Part shown: positions 19,199 through 29,899 of the stretch, in pieces
How positions within the stretch are numbered: position 1 is the stretch's first letter
Layout of the letters: every line of letters starts with the position of its first letter
Source of the DNA: Mayamaea pseudoterrestris
Taxonomy: Eukaryota
DNA: 64,000 nt
Reading direction: 5' to 3'
NCBI GenBank assembly: GCA_027923505.1
Contig: BROI01000002.1
Location: 2,170,001 to 2,234,000, forward strand
Notes under the pieces: generated by a model
What the model saw: only the letters and a program-made list of their open reading frames with translations
Told to the model about the DNA's origin: nothing
Database searches by the model: none
Made by a program: the position numbers and the translations under genes

Positions 19199-20692
19199 CT
19201 AATAGTCGCCATCGTCCTCACCGTCAACAGCATCATGGCTTCGTTTTCTTGCAATGGCTTCTCGTTGCTTCATAAGATCCAATTTTTTCTCCTCCTTGGC
19301 GTTTTCAGGGAATGCAAACACTGTGAGCTCCCCCGCAACTGTTACGAAAGCAGTGCAGCCAAAGTTCGGAAGAAGGACCATACTTGTAACGGGCACTCCC
19401 GATGGAAGCGGGTAGCTGATGCGACGGGTAAACGTTTGGTAATATGATTTGAGCAACGTCCCTGTTTTCATTTGCCACACGCAAATGGCGTTGCCGCGCA
19501 TCGAGCTTGTCACGAGAAGGTCGCCAATGGCCACCATGTATATGGGATATAACAGAGCCTCATCTTCATCGTCATCATCGTCGTCAAACCCATCTGGGCC
19601 GGGGTGCTCTTTTTCGATAAGATTGTGGAGACGCTCACCGGTAGAGCGATCGTAAACTTGCACTATCCCGTCATCCACGTTGCCTGCGACATAGCGGTCA
19701 GTGACAGCAATGGTTTGGTACAGTGCACTGGCAGGAGGATCTGCTCCTCCTAAATGTTCAATGATGGCATCATCGTGGCGGTCACGCTCCTCCATGTTGG
19801 CAGTGTTCTCGGGATAGTATTCAACATCTTGAACATGAATGAGTTGATTATTTGTCTCATCCAAGCTCCAGATATGAATTTTGCACGGGACGCATGCAAA
19901 CGCAAAAGTGATGCTGCCTACAGATGAATTACTTCCCCAGCATGCTCCAAATGGAGCATCAAAGTTCATCGAGCTAATATCAGGTAGCATCATCGTGGAA
20001 GAAATGTGATTGAGTAAGGATTGCGTTCCAACCGAAAACAAATGAATGTATCCGCAGCACAAGGCAATCGCATGGGTTTTTGATCCTAGCAATTCAATGT
20101 AACCTATGCTCATTTGTCCGTCTGGCAGAATGGTAGCCCAGTCAATGATTTGCGTCGTTTCTCCACGGTGAGCCGATAAGTCCCCGCTATTGTTTGCTGC
20201 CAAAACAATTTCGGCGCATTCAGGTCCGCAAATGGCAAGTACATGTGGAGGAAATGGACAATTTCTCGTGCGAATAAAGTTGAGCGTCCTCGTGTCGCGA
20301 AAGGCCATGGGAGTTTCATCAAAAATATCTGCATTTGTAAGGCCGCTGCCAATATCGTCGCTCGACCAAACTAAAAAGTTATCATTCGCCTTTGCAATGG
20401 GGCTTCCAGCATACAGCCAGCCATATTCGGGTGGATCAATGAGCTTGAAGATGCACGGACCATATTTGGGTTTCACCAGCGAGCGTCCTTTTCGCCATGA
20501 ACTCTTGCCGCCGCTATCGAGATCAATTCCAAATTCTGCCATGGCAAACGTTTTCCAGTGTGGGTCAGTGAGCGACTGAAACCCTCTGCAGGTTGCATCA
20601 ATGGCCTTCAAGTCGCTCACATTCGCATAAACGAAAATCGACGGCAAAAGATGATCCGGCAGGTCTTCGATTATGTTCGATGCGACTGACAT
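19199..20692 (-). CDS. F-box protein with C-terminal WD40-like beta-propeller
   Basis: N-terminal IEDLPDHLLPSIFVY..VSDLKAIDATCRGFQSL..W is an F-box. C-terminal WD-like blades include GIVQVYDRSTGERLH and AICVWQMKTGTLLK. Confidence 0.7.
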   Translation of the reverse strand: MSVASNIIEDLPDHLLPSIFVYANVSDLKAIDATCRGFQSLTDPHWKTFAMAEFGIDLDSGGKSSWRKGRSLVKPKYGPCIFKLIDPPEYGWLYAGSPIAKANDNFLVWSSDDIGSGLTNADIFDETPMAFRDTRTLNFIRTRNCPFPPHVLAICGPECAEIVLAANNSGDLSAHRGETTQIIDWATILPDGQMSIGYIELLGSKTHAIALCCGYIHLFSVGTQSLLNHISSTMMLPDISSMNFDAPFGACWGSNSSVGSITFAFACVPCKIHIWSLDETNNQLIHVQDVEYYPENTANMEERDRHDDAIIEHLGGADPPASALYQTIAVTDRYVAGNVDDGIVQVYDRSTGERLHNLIEKEHPGPDGFDDDDDDEDEALLYPIYMVAIGDLLVTSSMRGNAICVWQMKTGTLLKSYYQTFTRRISYPLPSGVPVTSMVLLPNFGCTAFVTVAGELTVFAFPENAKEEKKLDLMKQREAIARKRSHDAVDGEDDGDY

Positions 20693-21236
20693 GCTTTTCC
20701 AATTGTACGTATGTCGATTGTAGCTCGTCTGATAGCAAATGCTAGGTAGTACTCCGGCTAAGCTGAGATCAATGGACTTTCCTCTTTCTTGTCTCTGGTT
20801 ACCGATGCGACACTACTGGAAAAGAATTGCCAAAGAGGTCCGCAATTATTTTGTGGACGCAAAGTTGGCTGAGCTGGTCTCCTGTAGCGGAGGATGGCAG
20901 TAACTATCAACCTAGACTGTTTTAATCCTAATGCAAGAAGCATACCTGACCGGTGAAAGGTTCTGGATGCCCTCAAGATCTTGTGAATACCGCTTCGATT
21001 TTTATTCGTCGTACTGGTTCTGCACGCTCAGCTAACCGACGTGACCATCTTTTTTTCTTTGCAGCTTTGCAGCACAAACCACAGGTAGCTGCTGCCTCGT
21101 CTTTCTCCCAAACTGCTAGAATTTTACATCATTTTGTGGAAACCAGCAATATTGCACTTGTGCTTTAGAGTTTTAGGCTCTTGACTTCCCCGCTTCCGAT
21201 TCGACAGCTTGCTTGCCAACAAACCCATCATTCATT

Positions 21237-22517
21237 ATGCAGACCATTATATCGCTGGCTGCACTGCTTGTCTCTGCAGTCAGCTCTCTGTCGTTTGACA
21301 TTCTCCAAGACAAGAAAATATTGGTAGTTGGCGGCTCGGGACGAGTGGGAGGATCCGTCGTGACCAACCTGGTGCAGCGAAACATTGGCAGCGTCGTCGT
21401 GGGAGGCACCAGCGTCAATCGCTTCATTGCATCGCAACAGAGATGGCTGCAACTCTTTCCGGAGCATGCAGATAGACTCCAGGCTATAGAATTTGTCGCA
21501 ATAGATCGTGAGCAAGCCGATTCGGTGTGCAAGGTATTGACAAAGATGAACTTTGATGCCGTTGTACACACTGCAGGACCCTTTCAAGGAAAAGTATTGG
21601 CACCCAATGGAATATTGGATGCCTGCATACAAGCCAACGTTCCCTACATTGACGTTTGCGACGACTACTGCACCGCATCTGCCGCCAAGACCAAGTACTC
21701 TGCGCAAGCCAAGGTGCCTTGCATCATTTCCACTGGATGCTGGCCTGGCGTTTCATCACTCATGGCCAAGCAATTGGTGGAAACCATCTTGAAGGCTTAT
21801 CCAAGCTTGTCGCCGTCTGACTTGAACGTACGATTTTCGTTCTTCACGGCTGGGTCTGGCGGAGCCGGAGTCACCTTGTTGGTCGCTACATTTTTGATTC
21901 TGGCAGAAAAGGCTCTCATGGTCAAAAACGGACGGCGGGTCGAAGTAGAAGCCATGAACGACTATGTTGCAGCAGACTTTGGTCCGACGATTGGAGAGCG
22001 CCAGGTGGCGCCACTCAACTTGCTGGAAACGGCATCCATCCATGACAATTTAGGAGTGGGATCAACCAGTAGCTTGTTTGGCACTGCCCCAAAGTTTTGG
22101 AATACCTTGCTTGGACTCATGGCCAAGTTGCCGCAGTCAATGCTGGCGGATGAAGATTTAATGCGCAAGCTTTCCATCTTTAGCATGCCCATTGTCCGCA
22201 TTGTGGACTCTTTCGCCGGCGCCACCAACGCCATGCGCTGCGACGTGACGGCGCCAAACGTGGAACCATCCGTACGTGTCACGGCAGTGTACGGACACGA
22301 GAATCTGGAACCGTGCGTTGGAGAATGCGTCGTGGCGTTTGTTTGTGCGAGCTTGAGTGGCATGGTGCCGGCTGGTGTGTGGTTTCCGGAGGAAGCGATT
22401 CGTGGCGGAAGTGACGCCGCATCCGTGTTAAAGTTGGCAAGCATTGGCGCCCACACGACAACCGTGCAAGGAACAGACATTGAGATTGACAAACGAGCCG
22501 TGTGGGGGAGAGACTGA
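21237..22517 (+). CDS. Saccharopine-dehydrogenase-like NAD(P)-dependent oxidoreductase (plant At1g50450 / cyanobacterial type) with signal peptide
   Basis: Rossmann motif ILVVGGSGRVG, VVHTAGPFQ, YIDVCDD, STGCWPGVSSLMA, FFTAGSGGAG, GVWFPEEA. N-terminal signal MQTIISLAALLVSAVSSLSF. Confidence 0.8.
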   Translation: MQTIISLAALLVSAVSSLSFDILQDKKILVVGGSGRVGGSVVTNLVQRNIGSVVVGGTSVNRFIASQQRWLQLFPEHADRLQAIEFVAIDREQADSVCKVLTKMNFDAVVHTAGPFQGKVLAPNGILDACIQANVPYIDVCDDYCTASAAKTKYSAQAKVPCIISTGCWPGVSSLMAKQLVETILKAYPSLSPSDLNVRFSFFTAGSGGAGVTLLVATFLILAEKALMVKNGRRVEVEAMNDYVAADFGPTIGERQVAPLNLLETASIHDNLGVGSTSSLFGTAPKFWNTLLGLMAKLPQSMLADEDLMRKLSIFSMPIVRIVDSFAGATNAMRCDVTAPNVEPSVRVTAVYGHENLEPCVGECVVAFVCASLSGMVPAGVWFPEEAIRGGSDAASVLKLASIGAHTTTVQGTDIEIDKRAVWGRD

Positions 22518-22784
22518 TAAGGTGCTACTATCTCAAACTGATATAGCTATGCGCAAAACATACCCATCGCTTTTAACAATTGATGAGCATACACGATGGC
22601 TCTAATGCTCATCTCCAGAAGAGGAGCAAAGCTGCATACATGTGCGTTCAGCACTCGCATGTAAAAATTGGGTACAGGAGTTGCCACTTACAATTCAAAA
22701 AGGTACCGGTAACGTTTGATAACAAAACCTATATAGTTTAATGCTGTAGTTGGCCTCTCGATATCCCCTTGACCGTTTCATCCC

Positions 22785-24187
22785 TTACAAAACGCTTCCA
22801 ATGAGACTTAAACATGCCACGGTGCTCACAACAAGAGCTGTTCCTCGATGCAGTGCCCTAGAAGTCTCGCTGTCCTTTGCAAACACTTCTTCGTTTTCGT
22901 TGGACATTTGTACGGGCGGACGAGTGTATACGGCAACCGGCGCTTTCGTAGGAGCTGCTACCGGAGCATCAGGGATATCTACGGTCACATCGCGGGTTTC
23001 GGCCGTCTGTTCGAATTTTGGCGTGGCTGTCGGAACCAACGAGCCCACAGGCGCCTCCGTGTCAATGGGTGCCATGGTATCATTCATGCCCCCTGCGCTG
23101 GAAGACGCATTCACGAATGACGATGGCGCGATGGTGTCAATAGGGGCCGCAGTGTCCACGGGCGCTAAAGTATCATTTGTCATGGATGAGGATGACGCGT
23201 TCAACAGTGGTGTAGGCGCGAGCGTATCAATTGGTGCCGCAGTGTCAAGGGGTGCCTCTGTATTATTCACTCCGTTGGATGAAGGCACGAGGCTTGGCGC
23301 ATCGCTGATCGCCACCTTACTTGGCATAGATGGTGCTTGTGTTGGGATGGGAGCAATAGTAGCAGCCACTTCTGCAGTATCGTTCTGTTCAGGCACAATG
23401 GCTGGTGCATCGCTTGGAGTCGCGGTAGGTCCTGCAGTTGGCGCTTGCGTCTTTGCCATGCTCGGCATTGCGGTCTCGTCCGGCACAAATATTGGCGCAT
23501 CGCTCGGAGTTGCGGTAGGTACTGCGGTTGGCGCTTGCGTCTTTGCCATGCTCGGCATTGCGGTCTCGTCCGGTACGGTTAGCGCGGGTTCGTCAATGGT
23601 TCCAGCCTCCGCAAATCCTCCTCCCACAGTAGGCACTTCCGTCGCAATGCTGCTTGTTTGCATGCGTGTTGGTCCACTTGTTGATTCTGGGATGACTGGT
23701 ACGATTACTGGTGGTGCGGTGTTTGTGGCGACCTTGACGGGCTCGATAGTTGGAGCATTTGTCACTGGTGTAATCACGGGAGGCTCAGACAAAGGAGCTC
23801 CTTTTGTTACCTTGGCTGTTGGCGCAATTGTAAGGCCATCGTCATTCAATATTTGTTCTTCTGTGACAACCTCTACCGGCTCCTTCGTCGCGCCTTTAGC
23901 GTCTTTGTCCTTGCCTTGTGGTATAGGTTCACTGCTCGGTAAACCTTCTGTGGTCAAGAATGCCTCGGTCGACGGTCCCTTGAGGCGACGCAGCTGACGG
24001 GGTCTTTCGGCGGATGTACCTGCGGAAAGTGATCAGATGTGATTTTTAGAAACTGAAAAAGCATTCGATGCTTCAGTCCGCGTACAGCAGAATGTTGCTT
24101 CGCGAGTGTCAACTTACCGGCGCTTCCAAGCACGACGAGCACTGCGGCGCATAATGGCCAAGCTTTTCGTATCGACATTGAGGTCAT
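22785..24187 (-). CDS. Secreted, probably GPI-anchored Pro/Thr/Ala-rich mucin-like protein (paralogue 1)
   Basis: Exons 24187-24118 and 24019-22785, phase-1 intron 24117-24020 (GTAAGT..CGCAG). Signal peptide, then G|TSAERPRQLRRL, TxAP repeats, NDT/NNT sequons and a hydrophobic C-terminal tail. Confidence 0.75.
23404..23576. repeat. 90-bp tandem duplication (2 copies) encoding a 30-aa unit PDETAMPSMAKTQAPTAxPTATPSDAP
   Basis: Near-identical blocks start at 23404 and 23494 (e.g. ttggcgcttgcgtctttgccatgctcggcattgcggtctcgtccgg occurs in both). Confidence 0.9.
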
Positions 24188-25173
24188 TTTGATGAGATTT
24201 TGCTGGAGGTCTATTTATGAGCTCTATGGTTTTTCGAATGGATTGTGCGCTCTCGTCATACTTTTTAGAATGAGGCCTTCCATGGAGGTGAACACATGGA
24301 CGTTGAGGATCGCCATTTCCCGCTCGAATGCGAAACGGATGAGCAATTACGGACCGGTTGGCGCGCGCACGACATCAACGAGTATCTTCTGGCCGTTGGA
24401 GAGCCGGTACGACAACAAGTTGAACCTTTCGAATACCTCGCACTCACAACGCCAACACACGATCAAATCTAGCGATCAACACTACCTACCGGATAGCTCC
24501 TTTTTATAGTAGTAGTCAGATATTAACGTGCTAAGTTGTGTGAGGAAGTAGGCAGAATATTAACATGGAGACTCTTCATCAGCGAGTTGTCGATGTCATT
24601 GATTTGGCGATCAGCAGCTTCTCGATGGGTCGTACGTAAATTGATCGAATGGCTACTAACGAAAGACGGAAGAAAGGAGGTCTTTAATACTTACGTAGCT
24701 CACCATAAATGATGAGACCTTCGCAAGGTGACCTTGGCACGTAAAGTTCGAAACCGAGTGGATATCTGACGACGCAGCAGCTGTGATTCTGCGGTAATTG
24801 TAGCAGTACGCATCCAGGTGACACGATCAATAGATGGTGAGTTGTTCTACTATAGCAATACAAGGTAATCCATTGTCAAGAAGTGGAGATGCCGCGGCTA
24901 AAGCTGTTTGCTACCGATGGATCTTGCCACGATGGTAGGGACGGATGCCATGAGTTTTTTGCTTCCGGTCCGCAACCCTGGCCCTTGGCATATAGTACAA
25001 GTATCAGTCTCAAGCAAAGAGAACATATAAAATGAAGGTAATAGATTTTAACAAATAATTAATGTATGCAACATTGCTTACGTCTATGAATCACTTTAAT
25101 GTTCATACACTTTCTCTATTCAGTTTCACGAAACACATTCTCAGTCTGTACCAAACCAGTTTCAGCACGCTCT

Positions 25174-25979
25174 TTACCATAAACTTGCGGCGAGACCAAT
25201 ACATGACGCTGTGCTCAAAAGTAGCAAACCTGACATTCCGGTCTTGCTGATTGCTCCCGACGCATTTTGCTCGAGTGAGGCTTCCGTAAGGTCATCCGGC
25301 GCCAACGTCTTGGCCCGCGATGCGGTCGCCTGCGTCGGAACGAGCGACGCAATGGACATTGGAAGGCTCGTGCCGCTGTCAGCTGGACTATTAGTGTCAA
25401 CACCGGCGGGCATGAATGTATCAGCCGGAGCTACAGTGTCAGCGGGAGCAACAGTGTCCACGGGTGCGACCGTGTCACTGGCAGTGGCGACACCATTTTC
25501 GACGGACATTGTATCAAATGTTGCTTGGGAAGGCGCAATTGTATCCATTGGTGCCGCGGTATCCACTGGCGCCGCAGTATCCATGGGTGCGGCAGTGTCA
25601 TTGGTCGAGGACAATGGAGCAAACGTATCAACGGGCGCCGCGGTATCGTTGACTGCCATTGCTTCGGTTTCATTGCTGATTGTCGCAATTGGGTCGGGTG
25701 TAACAATTGGCGCTGGGTGAGAAGCACTCGTGTCTTCTGTCTCGGTAGGGAGAATTATTGGCTCACCGATTCCCATATACACCGGCGCTTGGAGGTGCCG
25801 GAGAGGTCCTTGAGCCGAGGTACCTGAAAAACGCGAAAAATGAGCGTGAGAAGTTGTTGGATAAAGGCTCGCAGACCTCTCGGGGAGCATTGACATTGCT
25901 GGCTCATAATAAATAACTACATACTCGTCACACCAAGGACAATGAGCGCGGCGCCTAATGTAAAACCTCTCATGATCAT
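25174..25979 (-). CDS. Secreted, probably GPI-anchored mucin-like protein (paralogue 2)
   Basis: Exons 25979-25925 (MIMRGFTLGAALIVLGVT) and 25823-25174, phase-1 intron 25924-25824 (GTATGT..TTCAG). S|TSAQGPLRHL follows, then DTxAP repeats and a C-terminal NASGA..LLLLSTASCIGLAASLW GPI-like signal. Confidence 0.75.
25414..25650. repeat. Degenerate 18-bp coding repeat (D-T-x-A-P-[V/M/A])
   Basis: The protein reads NDTAAPVDTFAP..NDTAAPMDTAAPVDTAAPMDTIAP..SDTVAPVDTVAPADTVAPADTF. Boundaries are approximate. Confidence 0.75.
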
Positions 25980-26405
25980 CAGCAATGCGGGAAAGTCTTT
26001 GTATGTGAAGTTGACGTTTCGAAAGAATGATGCTCTCACGGCGCGTTACTCATCGTCTCACACATACACACAATTGTCCATGCCAAGATAAACCTGCAAT
26101 TCACGTTGCGTCTGTAACGCACCATATGTCATGGCGGTTGAATCGCTCATCCATAGCGGTTGCTAAGCAGCATGCGAAACGGACGTGCGAGAAACGTTCC
26201 TGCAACGCCCAACGGCACCTGAGAGCGCATGACGTCATATCTGAGACTCCACGTGTCACACCAGTAACGGTACGACTATCTCAGTCACTCGGAGCGGCAG
26301 CGACGATGGCGTTCATTCGACGTCGGCAGCCGCTTTGATCACACATCAGCGTTTCGTTCATATTTGCCTGCAACTTTTACATTCTAGACAATTACATTCA
26401 TTATC

Positions 26406-29400
26406 ATGTTTGACGGCAACTATCGAACATCACAACGACCCGTGACTCTAAGCCGCCGCAACAAGAATGCTTCCAGCAAGGCTTCCATATTGGAAGCTTC
26501 GCGGCGGCAGCGCGAGGAACGCTTGCAACGCGAACGTCAACTCCAAGCGGCTGTGACTCTGCAAAAAAGTGTGCGGGGATGGTTGACGCGCATTAAATTT
26601 GTTAAGGAATTGGAGAATGCGCTAAATACTGCAGCAGCAGCAGCGTCGCTAGACGAACATTTGCGACTACTCAATGTACGACTGTTTCCAATTTTGATGC
26701 AAACGCTTTCCCCAACTGAAACCACATTAGTCAAGTGGATGAGTGAACTAGCTGCTCGAATATCTGAGTATGAGGCACGAGTAGCGCCTACTTTTAAATC
26801 TCCGAGTCCATTGACGCATTTCATTGTGCAGACGGTTCTACAGCTGGTTCGCATGCATGGCATGCAACCATCTGCGGCAAATTGCATACTTCAGTACTGC
26901 CTGGCGCTGGCGACTTCGACTAGAGATCAATTATCTTCTGCTACTTTCATGTGGAAACAAGTTGGCTGGTCGCGAGGCTACTTGGAGCTGCTCGAAACGC
27001 TGCAATCCATGCTAGCTGCGACGAACCACACAGACGAACAAGTTGCAGCATTGACGCAGCTTCTTTGGAAGACACTGTTGGACAGTACTCCGTCGGACAA
27101 GAATAGGGCCATTGCTTGCGCGTTACTGTTGAGTCAAGCCAAGCCGTTTGATGCGTCTACTAAATTTCTGCAGAATTTAAGCGTCATGGGCGATGCTTCA
27201 TTGCCGACAATCTACCAAGTATGGTTTCCAGCGTTTGTATCGAATTTAACGTCCAAAGCTTCAAGTAGAGATGACGCCTTTGGCAAGGCAGTCCAAAACA
27301 TTTACAAGCGAAACCAAGCTAACATTTTGATGAACGCCATGGACTTGTACGACTCGGTCAGTCGCAACTACTCTACTCCAGATCCGACACCGTTGATATT
27401 ACTGCTAGAGCAAACGACGCGACAATCACCGCAACTTTTATTGCTTTGCAGCATTGTGGCGCGTGGCGATGATGTTCAGCAAATATTGGAGTTCAAGAAT
27501 GGAGGTTTAGTCGCGGCGAAAAGTATGAGCAACGATGACAGCGAGAACGATGATGATGGCGACTATGATTTAGAGGTGGAATCCGCATCGCAGCCTTCAC
27601 GCATCGCCGGTACGCGAACGACGGGTCGACTGACGCGGAACGAGTTGCAAACAATGACAAAGCTTAATCGTTTGTACTCGAGCCATGTCGACAAGTGGCA
27701 AGCCGACGTTTTGGCGGTACTGACGAGCATGAGTAATACTGACATGGCTACACTTATGGAATTAGCAAGTCGCATTGGTCGGCCAGATGTATGGCTGCAG
27801 TGGGGTGTCACGATCTTGTCCAAGCTATCGGATGCAGCGGATCAGGGGAGGGACGCCTACGTGACTCTCTTGGCGGCGTTGCTTCAAACAAGCACAGGAC
27901 TGGCTCCAAGACAAAGCTCCTCGAGTCCACTGTTGACTAAACTCGCCTTTCATCAAGAGTTTTTGGAGAAGCTGTGGCGCTACGTGCTGGTGCAGTTAAA
28001 CAATAGCAGCGCACCGACGGCAGTCTTGTACATGGCGCTCTCGGTGTTCTCGGATGTGTTCTCTCATTGCTTGATTGCTTTACGGGATGACCAGTTTCTC
28101 TCGCAATACACAACTATGCTCGGCCCGCGTGTAATTTTGGCGGAGCATGTTATTAGTCAGCTACGAGATTTGCTTTATGACATGTATTGGAGTCGACCCG
28201 TGCAGGCAAAAGATATTTGGGTAGCCTTGGGGACATCGCTGTCACCTGACGATACATTGGAAGCTCTTCGCGGGCGGCTGTTTATCACCGGGAGCAAACT
28301 ATGGGGATCACTGTACGAGCGATGGTGCCGTCTGGTGCGAACTTCGCCTTTCTGCAGCGAGTCCGCATGGTTGTTTCCTTCCATGGTAACATTGATGAAT
28401 GATAACGCTGTGGCTCAGCCCGGTCAACGAAGGCAGAATGACATGGATGTCTCGATGGAAATTGATTCTGATTCTGATGACAACGACGAGCCGATGTCAG
28501 CTGCTGACGAGGAAAATGAACAGTTGGCCGATGTGTTTGGCGATCCAAAGATGGCGCGCATACTTACCTGCATTCCTCAAGCACTCCCATTCGAGAAACG
28601 AGTCCGCCTCTTTGATGCGCTTTTAAGGGATGATAAGGCAAAGACACAAGACGAAAGTGCCGAGATGCGAGCGGCCATGTTTCGTTTTACGCATGGCGCT
28701 GAAGGAGGAGACGGATCTCGTGAACGAATATCAGTTCACAGGGAAAATTTGTACGATGATGCGATGCGTCAATTGAACCGCTTAGGTCCCAAATTGAGGA
28801 GAAAAGTGCAGGTAACATTTACAAATCAACACGGAGCGCTTGAAGCAGGTATCGATGGCGGAGGGGTGTTTAAAGAGTTTATCGACGATTTGATTAGTGA
28901 CGCATTCGTGGGCGACAAGAGTACTGCTGCTCACCGCCTATTCAAGGTGACGGCGCTTGAGACGCTGGCGGTAAATTCTGATCTTCCGCATGAGCCAACC
29001 CTGCTTGAGCATTATGAATTTTGTGGCAGAGTGCTTGGCAAGGCAATATACGAATCTATTCTTGTCGAGCCTCAGTTCTGCCTCCCATTTTTGAACCAAT
29101 TGCTTGGTAAATCGAACACTTTGGAGGATTTGAAAAACTATGACCCTGAAATATACTCAAACTTGACCAAGCTGCTGAATGCAACGACAGAGGAGATAGG
29201 CGCAATGGGTTTGACCTTTGAGCTGAACATGGGAACGGGACGATCGATGCGTTCAGTAGAATTGGTTCGAAATGGCGGCTCAATCACAGTAACGAAACAA
29301 AACGCTATCACGTACGTTCATATGGTGGCTAATCAAATGTTGAACGCAGAGACTGCGCAAGCAACTAAAGCATTTCTGCGTGGGTTTCGTGATTTAGTAC

Positions 29401-29846
29401 CGGCTCCTTGGGTTCGGTTGTTCTCAGCGTACGAGCTTCAAAAATTGATTTCTGGCGATGACTCAATTAAAGCAATTGACGTCGCTTCACTGAAGGCATC
29501 GATGCAGTACGCTGCAGGGTACCATCCGTCGCAACCGATTATGCAGTGGCTCTGGGAGGTGGTCGAAGAGTTTAATACCGACCAGCAGCGAAAGTTTCTT
29601 AAGTTTATGACGTCTTGTTCCAGACAACCTCTGCTTGGATTTTCTTCCATGGCTCCAGCTCCATGCGTCCAGCAGATACGTTTGCCTGACGAAATGTTTA
29701 TTAAAGATCCCGAACGAGTCACTCCTTTGCCTACAAGCTCCACTTGCATGAATCTTCTTAAATTACCCAACTATCGAACAAAAGAATTACTGCGTAAGAA
29801 GTTGCTCGCTGCGATCGAAAGCGGAGCTGGTTTTGAGTTGACTTGA
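26406..29846 (+). CDS. UBE3C: HECT E3 ubiquitin ligase, UBE3C/UBE3B (UPL6/7, Hul5) class, with N-terminal IQ motif
   Basis: MFDGNY..RPVTLS start, IQ motif AAVTLQKSVRGWLTR, EAGIDGGGVFKEF, FLKFMTSCSRQPLLGF, catalytic LPTSSTCMNLLKLPNY and terminal GAGFELT. Confidence 0.9.
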   Translation: MFDGNYRTSQRPVTLSRRNKNASSKASILEASRRQREERLQRERQLQAAVTLQKSVRGWLTRIKFVKELENALNTAAAAASLDEHLRLLNVRLFPILMQTLSPTETTLVKWMSELAARISEYEARVAPTFKSPSPLTHFIVQTVLQLVRMHGMQPSAANCILQYCLALATSTRDQLSSATFMWKQVGWSRGYLELLETLQSMLAATNHTDEQVAALTQLLWKTLLDSTPSDKNRAIACALLLSQAKPFDASTKFLQNLSVMGDASLPTIYQVWFPAFVSNLTSKASSRDDAFGKAVQNIYKRNQANILMNAMDLYDSVSRNYSTPDPTPLILLLEQTTRQSPQLLLLCSIVARGDDVQQILEFKNGGLVAAKSMSNDDSENDDDGDYDLEVESASQPSRIAGTRTTGRLTRNELQTMTKLNRLYSSHVDKWQADVLAVLTSMSNTDMATLMELASRIGRPDVWLQWGVTILSKLSDAADQGRDAYVTLLAALLQTSTGLAPRQSSSSPLLTKLAFHQEFLEKLWRYVLVQLNNSSAPTAVLYMALSVFSDVFSHCLIALRDDQFLSQYTTMLGPRVILAEHVISQLRDLLYDMYWSRPVQAKDIWVALGTSLSPDDTLEALRGRLFITGSKLWGSLYERWCRLVRTSPFCSESAWLFPSMVTLMNDNAVAQPGQRRQNDMDVSMEIDSDSDDNDEPMSAADEENEQLADVFGDPKMARILTCIPQALPFEKRVRLFDALLRDDKAKTQDESAEMRAAMFRFTHGAEGGDGSRERISVHRENLYDDAMRQLNRLGPKLRRKVQVTFTNQHGALEAGIDGGGVFKEFIDDLISDAFVGDKSTAAHRLFKVTALETLAVNSDLPHEPTLLEHYEFCGRVLGKAIYESILVEPQFCLPFLNQLLGKSNTLEDLKNYDPEIYSNLTKLLNATTEEIGAMGLTFELNMGTGRSMRSVELVRNGGSITVTKQNAITYVHMVANQMLNAETAQATKAFLRGFRDLVPAPWVRLFSAYELQKLISGDDSIKAIDVASLKASMQYAAGYHPSQPIMQWLWEVVEEFNTDQQRKFLKFMTSCSRQPLLGFSSMAPAPCVQQIRLPDEMFIKDPERVTPLPTSSTCMNLLKLPNYRTKELLRKKLLAAIESGAGFELT

Positions 29847-29899
29847 GTAACAATTTTATAACATTTATATAGAATAGAAGTGAAACTACTTTTACATGC

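Noticed and set aside
22750..23997. 415-aa plus-strand ORF rich in G/A/V
   Set aside because: It is the antisense shadow of the Pro/Thr/Ala-rich mucin gene. It has a non-ATG start, and the minus strand carries the signal peptide, intron and GPI tail.
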